Assembly: GCA_964276515.1 (NCBI GenBank)
Contig: OZ193910.1
Coordinates: forward strand, 6,262,001 to 6,326,000
Source: Gordius albopunctatus
Taxonomy: Eukaryota
Direction of reading: 5' to 3'
DNA length: 64,000 nt
The first letter of the stretch is position 1. Each line of letters opens with the position of its first letter. The notes below the pieces were generated by a model that saw only the letters and a list, made by a program, of their open reading frames with translations, searched no databases and was not told where the DNA came from. Of the stretch, positions 49,203 to 61,000 are shown one piece after another. A program made the translations under genes and the position numbers.

Positions 49203-49939
49203 CATAGCTTTTCTAATTAGCTATATTTATTTGAAGGGTGAGAAGGGAGGAAAAAATTCAAGACACTAAGATACCTTTTAATTGATAAAAATTTAACAAT
49301 CATGTATCCAATTTGTTTAATTTAGCCAAAATTAAAAAATATTTTAATTTTCACAAACTCAATTTAACTTTATTTTTACAAAATATTAACGCTAAATAGT
49401 AGTATTATTAATTAAAATTACTGGGCATTTTTTTGAAATTACGGAGAATTTTATATTTATAACTGAGAATTATTAAGTTTATTTACTGAACATTTTTGAA
49501 TTTTTTACTGGGCACATTAATAAAATACTAAGCATTTTTGAATTTTTTCCTGGGCATTTAAATAAAATCCGTGATTATATAGATATTAGTAATTTTTATA
49601 ATTTATTAATCTTAAAAATGTAAATAAAAAAATATTGAATTGGGTGGATATCAAAAACAGAATTCTAAAATAAATATTATTTACACTATACAATTAAAAT
49701 TGTAAAAAATGTGATGAAAGTTTGTTTATTAATATAGCGCCATCTATATTTTGTATAATATTAATTTATTGACGTTTGTTCAAATTTATAAACTAGTAAG
49801 GAAGGTGATGAGAGGTAATAGGAGTGCGAAGTGCCTCCGGCAGGGATAAGTTATTTACCGATGTGTTGTCAATCAAATTATCGTTAATTGGTTGTAACTT
49901 ATATATGCGTTTGATATACACGTTTTACTTTCTATTAAT

Positions 49940-51100
49940 TGCTATGCAATTTATGGGCTCGTTTTTTGGTGTCCGTCCGTTACCCTCCAATGTATTCACA
50001 CCGGTTTTCTGACTTGTAGTTTCGAGTTCAATCCCCGGAGAGGACAAAAAATTAAATTAATATTTTGTTCTTGTTAATACCATGGATAATAGGACTTTTT
50101 GACCTTCCGCTGGCTACTGACCAATGAAAAAAATGACCATTGGCCAAATAAATCGAAATTTTTTTTTCGTTTTTGAATTGGTTGACATTGATAATTACCC
50201 TATGTCCTCCACTACAAGGGCCTATGCCTCTACTGATATGGGTCCCAGTGCCCCTACAAAGGCTTATGCCTCTATTAATGTGGGTTTGAATCCCGGCGAA
50301 CGTTCTGAATTGCTGGTTCTATACCCGGAGAGGGCAAAATTTTTATTTTTTTTCAAATTAAATTAATATATTGTTCTTGTTAATACCATTGATAATATGA
50401 ATTTTTGACCGTCCGCAGGCTACTGACCAATGAAAAAATGACCACTGGCCAGATAAATCGAAATTTTTAATTTTTCGTTTTTGAATAGTTTAACATTGAT
50501 AATTACCCTATGCCCTCCCCTACAAGGGCCTAATTAATGTGGGTTCGAATCCCGAAGAAGGCAAAATTTTTATATTTTTTTAAATTAAATTAATATATTA
50601 TGACTTTTTGACCTTCCGCTGGCTACTGACCAATGAAAAAAATGACCATTGGCCAAATAAATCGAAATTTTTTTTTCGTTTTTGAATTGGTTGACATTGA
50701 TAATTACCCTATTTCCTCCACTACAAGGGCCTATGCCTCTACTGATATGGGTCCCTGTGCCCCTACAAAAGCCTATGCTACTATTAATGTGGGTTCGAAT
50801 CCCGGAGAGGGCAAAATTTTTATATTTTTTTAAATTAAATTAATATATTATGACTTTTTGACCGTGCCCTGCCTACTGACCAATGGAAAAAATGACCATT
50901 GGCCAAAATGTGAATAGGAATTTTTTTCGTTTTTTTAAACTCGTATGTATTTATAGACCGTCTCTGGGTACTGACCAATGGAAAAAAATGACCATTGGCC
51001 AAAATGTGATTCGAAATTTGTTTTTCGTTTTTTTTACTTGTATGTATTTATAGACCGTCTCTTGGTACTGACCAATAAAAAAATGATCATTGGCCAAATT
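49940..51100 (+). repeat. Tandem array of ctactgaccaatgaaaaaaatgaccattggccaaa units with B-box-like ggttcgaatccc
   Basis: About six recurrences (~50115, 50420, 50624, 50873, 50969, 51066) with variable unit length. Starts with the atgcaatttatgggc terminus. Confidence 0.85.
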
Positions 51101-51477
51101 TTTTTTAATTAAAGGCTAAAATTTCAAAATGCTCCTCCCAAAATCATTATAAAATACTGAACCAAATTCTTGAATATTTGGTGATCAAAAAACGCCTATT
51201 GTTGAAGTGTTTTAAATCAGTGGTTCTTAACCTTTTTATACACGCGGCCACCCCCGCCCCCAAATATTTTATAATTTTTTTGCGCCCCCCCCCCATTTTT
51301 TCCATAATAATTTATATTTGTTAAATTATCTATAATATATTGATTTTCTATTATTGTTTCATTTTATTATATAATGAACATAAAACTAAACTTTATTATT
51401 TCAATATCTATATAAATAACATAAAAACATCTACCTTTTTAATACCAGCATGGCGTGAGTGGTTATATCGAACGCCT

Positions 51478-53514
51478 TGTAAACAGGAGGTTCCAATTCT
51501 TGTTCACTTTTGGCACAGATGATTATATCGTCTGCAAAAATCATTGCCCAAGAAGCTTCCTCGCCCAAATCCTTGGTAATATTATCCATTATCATTACGA
51601 ATAGGAAGGGACTAAGAGCTGAACCTTGATGAACTCCAGTGTTAATGGCAAAGCCCTTTGTAGTCCACACCGATGTTCTAACGTACGTTCTATTTCCCTT
51701 GTACATATCTTTTATTGCTCTGACGTATACTTCTGGCACATTGTTGTCTTCAAGACATTTCCAAACTAAATTACGAGGAACTTTATCGAACGCTTTTTCT
51801 AGATCGATGAAACACATGTGCAAATCCTCTTTCCTATATTTAAACCGTTCCAGTAATATTTTAACACTGTTTTGAATTGATTATCTCGAATTTGAACCAA
51901 ACTCCGAAGCCGTTTTTCGATCACTTTTTCCCACACCTTGAAAGTGTGACCTCATAAGCTTTATCCCTCTGTAATTGTTGCAATACTGAATGTCCCCTTT
52001 CATCTTGTATATCGAGATCATGTAGCTATCCCTCCACTCGTTAGGCATTTTACCCGTTTTCAAGATATTGTTGAAAAGGTTGGCGAGGAATTGTGCACCA
52101 GTATTGCCTAACGCTTTGAAGCCCTCTATTGATATATTGTCGGGTCCAAGAGCTTTTCCTGACTTTAGTTTACCCATAGCAACTTTGACTTCCGTTTTAG
52201 TGATCCAGTCCGCTGTGTATAATTCTCCTATTGTATTTTCCTGGTTAGTGTCTTCGACTACAGGCCCCTTTTCAATATATAAATCGCTATAATAGTCGAA
52301 CCATCTTTGTAGTATATGGCTGTCGTATGTTAGTATTTCTCCCTTTTGACCCTTGATTAGCCGGCATTCTAGGTAATCTTTAGAATTTCGGGCCCTTGAC
52401 TTTGCGATTTTGTAAATCAATCTTCCTCCTTCCCTTGAGTTTTACCTTTATATCGTCGTACACCTTGCTTTTAGCTTTCGCTACGAATTTTTTAGCCGAC
52501 CTTTTAGCTACTTGGTAAGCTTGCTTATCATTACTATCCTTGCTTTTATACCAAACTTTGCACAATCGCTTCTTTTCCTTGATACATTTTTGCACTTCTT
52601 CATTCCACCACCACGTCTCTTTAACAATTATTTTAGTGGGATTGCTTTCACCTAGTATTTGTCGTCCCGTTTTTCGCATTGTGGCAGCTATACCATTCCA
52701 TTGATCCTCACATGGATTATTTTCCTTGAATTCAGCATGTTTAATTACTTGTTCCTGAAAATGTTGAATATTTTCCTTTAGTTTCCTCCATTGTATAGTA
52801 GCGGCTGCTCTTTGTACCTTTTGCCCTTTAATATAAAGTCCATCACCAACAGCTTGTGTTGGCAGGCCAATATTTCACTCGGTATTACCTTAACATTTTA
52901 AAAATACTTTAAGTGCGCTCTGTTTATTGGAAAGAAATCTATCTGAGTTGTACGGCTGCCACTTTTGTACGTTATAAGATGTTCCTGTCTCTTTTTGAAA
53001 AAGGTATTTCCTATTGCTAGGTCAAAAGCTTGAGCAATTTCTAGAGATTCCGTACCTCCTTCATTTCTTAGGCCATAACCCCGACCACCGTGATTTCTTT
53101 CAAATTCTCCCCTTGATTTGCCCACGTGTCCATTGAGGTCCGCACCGATAATTATTATTCCCTCTTTACCGAATTGGGATAGAAAATCTTCAAGTTCCTT
53201 CCAAAAACACTCTTTTTCCGTCTCAGAGCATCCACTTTGAGGGGAGTATGCTGATATAACGTTTATCGTAGTAGATTTATAACAAAGCTGTATCGCCATA
53301 ATTCTGTCATTGATTCTTTTAACGTCAACGACAGTTTGCTAAAATTCTTCCGATAGCACTATACCGACGCCATCCCGGTGAGTTTCTGTACCGTAAAAAT
53401 AAAATTTGTATCCGTCCCCTATGTATTTTACTTTTTGGCCCTTCCATTTGGTCTCTTGTATACAAGCGATATCAATTTTTCTCCTCCTTAGAACGTCTGC
53501 CAATTCTCTGCTCT
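51478..53514 (-). mobile_element. Second RTE-family LINE fragment (APE plus RT)
   Basis: IACIQETKW, ISAYSPQSG, GADLNGHVG, GKALGPDNI, NYRGIKL, FIDLEKAFDKV, GVHQGSALSPFLF and FADD. Frameshifted. Confidence 0.93.
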
Positions 53515-53947
53515 TAAAAAATAATAAAAAAACTTGACTTCTCTCGCAACCTTAAATTTTTCGCAAAGTGTGTAATGCTACTAAAATTTTAAAAGCCAAA
53601 AAAAAAGCATTTTTATTGACCAATTCTCATATAAAACAAATTTATAAAACAAAAATACACTTATTAACAAATAACACGTATAAATGACATAATTTGAAAG
53701 AGTAAGGGTAACGCGATTGAAGCTTAAAAATATGTATTGCACTTTGAGGGTCTTAAGTATGATGTTAACAATTATGGACGATGCACAACGCTGCATAGGG
53801 GTCCCAAATATGGGCAAATTAATTTTAAAGGTAAAAAAGCGTTTATCATATTATTAAATATGAAAGACATGATTGGAGAGTGCTGGACTTAAAGCTGGAA
53901 ATGAAGGTTGGCGTATTAATGTAGCTCTTGCGCTAGGGTGTGCACGT

Positions 53948-56900
53948 TCAGTTTTGCTTATATTTAATTTCAGAAGGACAGATAACTATAGACATAAAAT
54001 TGGTTATGATTAGTTATAAAATACATATATTGTGAAAAAGTTTAGCGTTGTATATTTGAAAAAACAATCAAGTGTTGCAAGTCGATTAAAAATTGTGCTG
54101 TATAAATTTAACAAAAAAATATAAATATTTATCAACATACCTTTTAGTATGTAATCTGTGAGAAGACTAGGAACTTGATCGTCATCGTTATTGATTGCGG
54201 TCAAAACTATAATAAATTGAAATAAGATTGTAATTAACACACATCGGGTTGCAAGTTACTTTTTATCAATATTCTTAAAGTTGCTACGTCCGGAGCTCCT
54301 TTGCCATGATTGTACGGAATGACGGTAGTTAAATACTATAAGGCAAATATTTATTCATAATTATTAACGTGAAAATTCCAACGAACATATTAATATTGAC
54401 AAAATTAGGGAAAAATTTAATTTTTAAAGCTTTAATAACCTGACTAGATGGTGAAACTAATTGACTTCCCTGACTCAATTTCCTCAGAAACCCCCCGTTC
54501 AAAAAGATGGAGGAAGAGCGCTGAGATGACTCGTCAGCGAAATTGGTCATGGAAGATGAGGAGCTAATGCTAGCACTGGAAGATATCGTAGAAGACAACA
54601 CGGATCCCGGAGAAAATGCATTAACGCTTAAATTCCTTGGCCTCCCACCCGTAGAAGAGGGCGTCAGAGTATTGTTGTTATGCTGATTTTGAATTAAGTT
54701 CGCTAGCTTGCCCACAAGAGTTAAGGCTAAATTGAGATTATATTATATAACTTTGCTGTATCCCCATTTAATTCTAAAAATATTAAATAATTAGTTAATA
54801 GTAATACATCAAATGTACACTGAATCTGAAAAATACGATATGAACAATAGTTTCAAACTCTTAATTCTCCTACAAAAAATTATACATCATTTATTTTATG
54901 TATAATATTATTGAACTTTTCGAGCAAGAAGAAATCTCGCTAAATTTGAACTTTACAAATTTTTGTTTTAAATAAGATGTGTAAACGTAAACGATGGCTA
55001 ACTTTGTAAATTTAGCTTGAAAAGTATTAAATTTGTTAGTAAAATTTGAATGCTCACTGTTTAAAAGATTTTTACCTGTGCACTTTCTTAAACTTTTGTA
55101 CCAATATATTTCACAATCTATTTGAAGGCATACTATTATCTGAAAAGGCTATTAATTTATTTGATAACAAATAACTAACCTAAATTTTAAACACCTTAAA
55201 AGGCAAATGTTAACGATAAAATTACGTGGCGTTGCAGAATTCTGAACATGTTCAGACACTTGATTATCTTCATCTGTTCCGTTAGTAACGGCGGTGGCAG
55301 TTTCAAAAGTAACATTGGGAGAAGGTTTGATTATATTGCACGATCCGATATTGCGCTTTTTTGCTTGAATTGAATGCAGGAGTGATATAAAAGTATTTTT
55401 AAGTTCCTTCTCATACCCCAAACAGTCTCGCAAATCCAATTCACTGACTAACTGCTTAGATTGTTCCTCAATGCCTTGCTCCGCATTTTTCTTGATATCC
55501 ATTATCCTCTCTACTTTGTAGGTCAGTAAATCTAAGGAATATGAATGTTAAACAAAAATAATCGTAAAAACCTAATTTTAAAATAAACTTTATTGCCGAT
55601 TCAATTCGAGTTTGCTGTCAGCAATTTTATAACTTAAATTTCATTTCCTATTAATATGCACAATTATGCTAGATGCTATTTTATTTAGGACATTTTAAAA
55701 TACAACAGGACCATTATATATGATGTATAGCTAACTAATAACAAAAAAGCTTTTTTGACTATTTGAACCTAATGTAGTATACCATTAAAAACTAATTAAG
55801 ATAGATATAAATATTTTGACAGATTTATCATTGTGAATAATAATAATTTCCATTTTTTACCAAACCCTAATTAATAAAAATTAAATTCGATAATAATATG
55901 TCGATTCGTCGAAAAAATACGATTTTCGACCGACCATCTAAGATCAGGATGATTTTTGGTCATTTTGTACGCCTCATTTATTAGAGTAATTTCTGAACAT
56001 TTTAGCCATTTTGGGCCAATACTTTTTAAGTTATGGACGTTTAAAGAGCCAAAATCACGTTCGGGAGCGTTTTATGGATTTTACTATTTTTGAAAATAAT
56101 TGCGTTATTCACTCAAAATTTGGTGCATTTTATTCCTAAAAAAATTCTCTATCGAAATAATTTAACCAAAAACCAGGGGTTTGAACCCGCCCAAAATAAA
56201 ATCGGGTTCGTGTTTGTCATAAATTTTGAAAATCGGGTTCGGGTTTAAGGAATTGGGTTCTAGTTTGGGTTTAAGAAATTATATTAAAAATGCCGGAAAC
56301 ATAAAAATATTGAAATTAAAATCGTATGGTTTTTGTTACATTGTAATGATAGAGAAAACTGAGATATTCAATTCACAATATATTTTTGAATTAAAAACCC
56401 GAACCCGAACCGTTTTTTGTATTCATCGGTTTCGGGTTCTGTAAAACATCGGGTTTTACCCGGTTCGGGACAAACCCTTGCCAAAAACCTCAAACTTTTG
56501 CGGTTAATTTTTTGTAAACAAATTAGTTAAAAATCATAAAAGCATATTTACCCTTTAAATGAAATCATCAATTTCACAATGTGCACTCCTTTATGACCCA
56601 TTATCATATTTCAATCATAAAAATTAAATTTTTACCAAAAATATTTATAGATGGCGTATAATCAATTATCGCAATAACATATTATGATGTTTGTTTTTTA
56701 TCAAATTGCAAATTTATAAAGAATCTTAAATTTTGAACTTTTATCTATGCGATGGGCAAGTAACCGAGTTTGAAAATAAATTTAATTTTAATTAAAAATG
56801 TTCACAACTAGCAAGCAAAATTTTTTCATATTTAGCATGGATTATCAGTAAAAAAATAAAAATATATGAGTAATTTTGCCATCATATTAGTATTTATTTT

Positions 56901-59900
56901 TTTCCAACCTCACATTAATTTTAGACTACCCCTATATCATTTAAGTTAAAATTCAAAATCTAATTTTTAAACTCGGATAATTGCCCATTGCGCAGAAAAA
57001 AAGAGCAAAATTTAAGTTTATTTTTATTCCAATATTATTTATTCACCATATATTCTTTATAAATTTGCAATTGATAATAAAAAACATCATAATAGGTCAT
57101 TGTGATAATTGATTATACCGCCATCTATAAATATTTTTAGGGGAAATGTAATTTTTTAAATTTTTGACCATCTCGTAGCCGCTCCCAAACTTTTTATGAT
57201 TGAAATATGATAATGGATCATAAAGGAGTGCACATTGTGAAATTGGTGATTTCATTTAAATGGTAAATATGTTTTTAAAATTTCTTACCAATTTGACCAC
57301 AAAAAATAAACCGCAAATGTTTGAGGTTTTTAGTTAAATTATTTCGATAGAGAATTTTTTAGCAACAAAATGCACCAAAATTTAGGTGATTAACGCAATT
57401 ACTTTAAAAAATATGACAAAAATAGTAAGATCCATGAAACGCTCCCGAACGTGATTTTGACCCTTAAAACCTCCATAAGTTAAAAAGTATCGGCCCAAAA
57501 TGGCTAAAATTTTCAGAAATTACTCTAACAAATGAGGCCTACACCTTCACCAAAAATTATCCTGAACAGAGATGGTGGGTGGAAAACGTTTTGATTTGTC
57601 TGGCCCCCATTAATGCTGTAAAAACTCCTGGAGGGTTGTGTTTGGTCGAGCATTCAGACCAAAAAACGTCTAAGCTTAGTCAAAATTGGAAAAACAGATT
57701 GGAGTCAGTTGGAGCAAAGGCTGAGCAAACAAAACCCAGGCCTTTTTACGACACTAATTTATAGATCCATATTTGAGTTGGTTAATATAGTGAGACCATG
57801 GTGGGTGTAGGGAGGATAGGGGTCTATGCAAAAGGAATTATTGACTCCGTCACTATCAAAAGTGTAGGTGGATGGCGATGAAATTTCAGGCGTAACGCCG
57901 CTATCTTGTGACGCCGATGGGCTATCCTATTTCATGTAAAAAATTAAGATTATTATTTAAAAAAAGTACTGTGAAAGACATGCTTACAATCAGAGGTCAG
58001 ATTTGTTTAGAAATTTATGCCCGAACCCGGCCCGATTCAATTTCTTAACCTCATTGCCCGCCCGAGCCTTCTAGGTGTCGGCCCGAGCCCGCCCGAAACA
58101 TTAGAGCAGCTCGAAATATTAAATTTGTCTGTTAGGCCCGAAATTTTGCGATCTCAAATTCTTTCAACCACTATTAAAAAATAAGCATTTAATTAATGGC
58201 ATATTGAATAAAACAAATATAGCAATATTTTATTATCCCGGAAAAAATCTAATTTCCTATATTACTTAAAAGTCGAATGATTTTTCCAAATAAAACTTTT
58301 TATCATTAATTTTAATCCTAATAGGTCAAAAAAGCTTAGAATTTGGTACTTCTATAGCATTTTCATATAATCAAATAAAAAGGTAACCAAATAATACATT
58401 ATCTAAAGAATTTCATTAAGCCCGAATTTCCCGAATCCTATCATCGTGCCCGCCCGGGCCCGCCCAAAAAATAAAAATTTAGGACATTTGCCCGGCCGAC
58501 CCACGGGCCGGGAAGTTTAGGGCACCGGGCCGGGCGGCAATCTGGTCTCTGCTTACAACTGCCTAATTTCCAAGGAAAATGACTCTTGAACATTTTTATA
58601 GCAAATATTTAATCTAAATTGCATTAATCATGATTCATGTTAAAAAAGTCTACACCGACTGAGCATGATGCATTTATTCATTATATTTCTAGTCTATTTA
58701 ATTATTTAAAAAACATGCTTACAAATAAAGAAAGTAACGGTTTCATATAAAAAATAATGCAAAATTAATTTAATCGATCGAGGACCCCTTTGTAAAGGTC
58801 AGCAACCTACTAGACATTCTGGTTCTTGTTAGTTGACATTGCTATCGACGTTTTAAAAATTTTTGTACTTTGTCATATAATCAATAAATATTTAAGGGTA
58901 TGCCATTAAATCTTTGAAAATGCAAAACAACAAATTAATCTATAATTGAGCTATGATTAAATCTGGGACTCAATATGCAACTTACATCCCGAGAAAAGAT
59001 TAAGCATTTTTTAACTTTAATAATTTTCCTTTATTTGCTAAAGTAATATACATTGAAAACTTAAAAGCTTGCATCTTTATTTTTGTGTGCGCAACTTTTG
59101 GCCATTTTAGTACATTATATGTTTCCTGCAAAAAATAAACTTTTTTGGTGAAAATAAGTGGTGACGGTTTCTCCTTTTCTGAACCTCACTGGATTCTTAA
59201 TTTTTTGTAAATTTGTCCGATTTGTTGGTATGGGTGGCAACTTTTTAGCCATGAATGTATACATTTTTCTGACCCCCTGCTTAGGGCTTGTCTTAATATC
59301 GGATTCAGATTCAAATGGCGCGAATTTATCTTTATCAAATATCCTATTCAATTTCGTGTGTCAAACTCGGTTGTAATTATTAATATTTTGTTTTTTGATA
59401 GTTAAAAACTTTTTTTTGTTTATTTCAACTATTGAGATTAATCGCTGTTATATAATGCGTCTGACATGTAAATCTGCTGTGAATTCGAAGTTTAGACACG
59501 GCTATGTTATAACCCGTACAGCGATTTTTGCTGCGCAGCAAAATCCGATATTAAGACAAGCCCTTAGAGATAAAGCATCTCCGCCTTCAACCCTCCTCCC
59601 CCCTTGACCGCTACATAAGCATGAGCGTCTGACCCCCCCCCCCTCTTTCCCCTTTACCACTGAGCTAACGTCTGTGCCTCTCAAGCCTTAACTCTTAATA
59701 GTGTACACAACAATTTGGATTTAAAGGCAATTCGACCAGAACTATGATAGCGCATGTTTACTTTGAGTATGCGATTGATTTCTTTGATGACATCCTCGGC
59801 GGTTTCGATAGGCAAAGACTCGAATTCTGAATTGTGGACAAAAGCTGAATCCCTTTGTGAATTAGAGTTTGCCTTGTTACGCGTACTGCCAACAATGTCA

Positions 59901-61000
59901 ACACTACCGAAATCCCCCTCATCCCCAGACGTCGCTGAACTATGAGGATCCCCGTTACTATCGTGTGTGTGCTAACAACGCGTATGACAAATTAGTGCAA
60001 ATAAGGTTTCAGCAATTTTTTTGTTAAAATTTAAGCAATGATTGTTTTTAGGGCAACCATAATTTTAAATGGGGTTATACTTATAATTGCATGAGGTCGA
60101 GGAGGAAAGGTTTAATAATTGTGCGCAATAACACGTAGAGAAAATATCATGACCGGAATTATATCCGACAACAGCCACCACAATACATTGTGGGGGGGGG
60201 GGGCTCTTCCCATTTCTCGCAGTAAAAATTCCAAAACTTCCCCTTTACATATTAACATCTATTTCTCAGGGCTAACACCATATTTTGTTTTAACTAATGA
60301 TCTAAGTATTCGAGCTTTAACAACCGATCCAGATCTCAAGGTGGGCCACATTTTCCTGGCTACGACCACAACGATGTACTTTTATTTAGAGAAAATATAG
60401 TTAATCAAAAGCCTATTGGTGCAAAAAATCGATGAATTGTGAGGATAACTAGGATAAACAGGGACAAAAAGACGAAATCAAGCAGTTTACACCTTCGTGT
60501 TAGATTAGAGTACGACAAAAACGGCGTTCCCCTCTTCACATTGGTTTTCATGGGGAAGGGGGGGGGGGGGGTAGAAGATTTGACCTAAAAATCGATAAAT
60601 GCGTTTGAAGCGCCGTTGTGAAGCACAAGTGTCAAATTATTTTCAGTAACATACAATTATAAAAAAGCGAAAATCGTTGGCGTGAAGATGAATGTAAATA
60701 GATAAATAAAAAATTTATCCCGGTAGTTCATTTATTAGCAGCCCCATCGGTGAACTTTTAGCGAATGTGAATAATTAAAATTGTTGTCATATTCCTCGCG
60801 AATAAAATGTCAAAATACTTTAATGGGATGATTAAGATTTTCATGAAAAGCAAACAAAATAATTAATATCGCATTTCTAAGACATAAACTTCATTGATCC
60901 GTGTGTTGAGGCTGGATGGTGCTGCGTACAACTTTTTCGCGATTGTTTTATCCCAATCGATCGGTAACAACGAACCAAAGTTGCCCGTTAAAGTCCACCA
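53948..61000 (-). CDS. unc-76: FEZ1/FEZ2/UNC-76 family fasciculation and elongation protein, multi-exon (5' exons not resolved, probably extends beyond 61000)
   Basis: WWTLTGNFGSLLPIDW (~60950-61000), IETAEDVIKEINRIL (~59765-59810), EEQSKQLVSELDLRDCLGYEKELKNTFISLLHSIQAKKR (~55350-55500), and C-terminal DDDQVPSLLTDYILK|VICPS with stop at 53948. Confidence 0.85.
55930..57580. mobile_element. Long foldback (palindromic) element in an unc-76 intron
   Basis: ~55930-56790 (excluding the nested MITE) is the reverse complement of ~56950-57580, e.g. aaatcacgttcgggagcgttt / aaacgctcccgaacgtgattt. Confidence 0.85.
56174..56480. mobile_element. hAT-type MITE nested in the foldback left arm
   Basis: caggggtttg / caaacccttg termini with 8-bp TSD ccaaaaac. 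Absent from the right arm. Confidence 0.88.
57991..58551. mobile_element. hAT-type MITE
   Basis: cagaggtcagatt / aatctggtctctg termini, TSD cttacaat/cttacaac, cccg subterminal repeats. Confidence 0.8.

Noticed and set aside
50090..51100. Repeat-spacer appearance resembling a CRISPR array
   Set aside because: Eukaryotic context, the spacers are themselves homologous and of variable length, and there are no cas genes.
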